From: PVC group bacterium
Lineage (GTDB): Bacteria > Auribacterota > Erginobacteria > Erginobacterales > Erginobacteraceae
Length of the DNA stretch: 24,707 bases
Direction: 5' to 3'
Assembly (NCBI GenBank): GCA_043804695.1
Contig: JAZDIV010000073.1
Location: 1-24,707, forward strand
Positions 23,005 to 24,707 of this stretch are shown one piece after another. A program made the position numbers and the translations under genes. A model generated the notes under the pieces. That model saw only the letters and a list, made by a program, of their open reading frames with translations, was not told where the DNA came from and did no database searches. Every line of letters starts with the position of its first letter. The stretch's first letter is position 1.

Positions 23005-23898
23005 ATGAATCCGATTTGGGAAAGAGACAGGATCAGCCCGGCTTTGATCTTGTGGGTGGTCGTGCTGTCACTCCTCTTCCACGCGGTCATCATCATCGGC
23101 CTGAAGAAGATCCCGGTGGTTTCTCCCGGTGTCGTCGTCATCGAACCCCCCCAGCGCTCGGTCCATCTCGAGTTCGTTGATTCACCCGATCGAATTGAAC
23201 CGGTGAAAGAAGAGCCGGTGACGGATCTTATCTCCGACCGGTCGAGCCGGGCTCAGGACGTCGTTCCGGATCACGCGGAGGAGTCCGAGTCTCCCCGGTC
23301 GGTCGGGACGGCAAAATCAAAGAGCATCCGCAAGGTGCCCGCCGGGCGGTCCGCGGCGATCGAGGCCCCGGCGGCGCCCGAGGGGCAGGCCGCCTTACGG
23401 GAGAAGCCGGCCGGAGAAACCAGCGAGGGGGAGGCCGGCCGCCGGGAGAGCGAGCAGAGCGGAGCCCGGATCTCGGGCCGCCCGGGGAAAGAAAGCCCGA
23501 TCCAGTCTCAGGGCGAGGACGCATTTTACTCGCCCGAAGAGGACAGCCCTGATGGACGGGCCATGATACTGAAGCAGATCGCCTACAATACCCGCTCCAC
23601 GGAGGTCGGGAAGTATCTGGCCCGGCTGAAACCGCGGATCGTCAATCTCTGGCACTTCAATATCATGAACAATACCTTCTATGTCCGGTCCGCTGGAACC
23701 CATGTCCTCTTCAAGATCATGCAGGACGGCACGCTGGGGAAGGTCATGGTCAACAAACATGACGGGCCGGACGTGGAGATGCGGTACAGCCTGACCGCGA
23801 TCGAACAGGCCCAGCCCTATGAGCCGCTGAACGAAGAAATCATGGAATACATCCAGGATGACGGCCTCTGGCTGGAGTTCCACTTTCTCTACCATTAA
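23005..23898 (+). CDS. TonB/TolA-like energy transducer
   Basis: TM helix with SLLFH motif, P/E/S-rich linker, C-terminal domain Y...LK.RI...W, FKI..DG.L, AIEQAQPY.PL. Confidence 0.8.
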   Translation: MNPIWERDRISPALILWVVVLSLLFHAVIIIGLKKIPVVSPGVVVIEPPQRSVHLEFVDSPDRIEPVKEEPVTDLISDRSSRAQDVVPDHAEESESPRSVGTAKSKSIRKVPAGRSAAIEAPAAPEGQAALREKPAGETSEGEAGRRESEQSGARISGRPGKESPIQSQGEDAFYSPEEDSPDGRAMILKQIAYNTRSTEVGKYLARLKPRIVNLWHFNIMNNTFYVRSAGTHVLFKIMQDGTLGKVMVNKHDGPDVEMRYSLTAIEQAQPYEPLNEEIMEYIQDDGLWLEFHFLYH

Positions 23899-23933
23899 AT
23901 TTTTCCGCGGCCGGTGGCCGCGGAAAAATTTAA
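23895..23933. terminator. Perfect 18-bp-arm hairpin at stop codon (terminator-like or micro-insertion)
   Basis: TTAAATTTTTCCGCGGCC-GGT-GGCCGCGGAAAAATTTAA. Confidence 0.6.
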
Positions 23934-24029
23934 ATGTGTGTAATCGACAGAACTATTGTAAATTATCCTGAAAATAAACGTACACTGAACAGATCATCAA
24001 TAGTCAGTACAACCCTGGGAGAATAACGG

Positions 24030-24623
24030 ATGGTGCAGTTACTGATACGCGGTGGCTACACGATGATCCCGATCCTGCTCTGCTCGGTGGTGTCGCTGGC
24101 GGTGATAATCGAGCGGGCCTTCAGCCTCCGGGCGGGGAAGGTCATTCCCCGCCGCCTGGTTGAACGATGGAACCGGCCCGGCCCGCCGATTGACGGCCCC
24201 GGCGCCGATCTAGCCGGGGAGACCAGCGCGCTGGGCCGCGTGCTCGCCCTCGGCTTCGAAAACAGGAAACTCGTCCAGGAAAAGAACTTCGAAATCCTCC
24301 AGGTGGCCGAGAAGGAGGTCGCCAGCCGGATGGAACGGGGGCTGGTGCTCCTGGAGATCGTGGCCGTCATCTGTCCTCTTCTCGGCCTGCTGGGCACGGT
24401 GATCGGGATGGTGCAGGTCTTCGACGTGATATCACAGCTCGGCGTCGGCCATGCCCAGACTCTCTCCCGGGGGATTTCCCAGGCCCTGATCTCGACCATT
24501 GCCGGCCTGATGGTGGCCATCCCGGCCCTGATCGCGCACAGCATTTACATCCGCAAAGTGGACAAGCTTGTACTTAAGATTGAACAAGTAGTTGGAGTTC
24601 TTTTACTTAAGCTCTATCCATAA
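24030..24623 (+). CDS. MotA/TolQ/ExbB proton channel protein
   Basis: GG..MIPILLCS..SLAVIIER, PLLGLLGTVIGM, GISQALIST.AGL.VAIPA. Confidence 0.93.
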   Translation: MVQLLIRGGYTMIPILLCSVVSLAVIIERAFSLRAGKVIPRRLVERWNRPGPPIDGPGADLAGETSALGRVLALGFENRKLVQEKNFEILQVAEKEVASRMERGLVLLEIVAVICPLLGLLGTVIGMVQVFDVISQLGVGHAQTLSRGISQALISTIAGLMVAIPALIAHSIYIRKVDKLVLKIEQVVGVLLLKLYP

Positions 24624-24665
24624 TTATTTCCGGGGGTCCGCTTTGCGGACCCCCGGAACTAATTA
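24621..24665. repeat. 14-bp-arm hairpin bracketed by TAATTA at the exbB/tolQ stop codon
   Basis: TAATTA-T-TTCCGGGGGTCCGC-TTT-GCGGACCCCCGGAA-C-TAATTA. Confidence 0.65.
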
Positions 24666-24707
24666 TTACTAATCACATTTTGTTATAATAGTGGAAAGAT
24701 GTCGACT

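Noticed and set aside
24681..24707. Possible exbD/tolR start (ATG 24699) after TGTTATAAT
   Set aside because: Only three codons in the window; cannot be supported

Overview
Chromosomal window from a GC-rich bacterium, probably an anaerobe (taxon not determinable from sequence alone). Backbone genes: Fur-family regulator, stand-alone ModE-type HTH, MscS, Sir2/CobB deacylase, comEC, lipoprotein double-HKD PLD-family nuclease, ZIP transporter, class II pta, hyp cluster (Kae1-domain-only hypF, hypC, hypD, hypE), TonB/TolA-like protein and exbB/tolQ. Three visibly AT-richer patches (about 3.2-4.6, 8.6-12.1 and 21.3-22.9 kb) carry four type II TA pairs, an orphan AbrB antitoxin, YhcG and hypotheticals; one TA pair follows an attC-like site. 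Most intergenic gaps hold small structured repeats: TA-flanked micro-hairpins, MITE-like elements with nested REP-like units, inverted 7/8-mer arrays and a covarying hairpin doublet. Best leads: (1) ComEC whose metallo-beta-lactamase domain has lost nearly all metal ligands, next to an exported PLD nuclease that could replace it in DNA uptake; (2) a 17-bp TA-duplicating micro-hairpin that splits an otherwise correctly spaced ModE box, suggesting these micro-palindromes are mobile; (3) a HypF lacking its activating domains. No rRNA, tRNA, CRISPR array, transposase or integrase seen.
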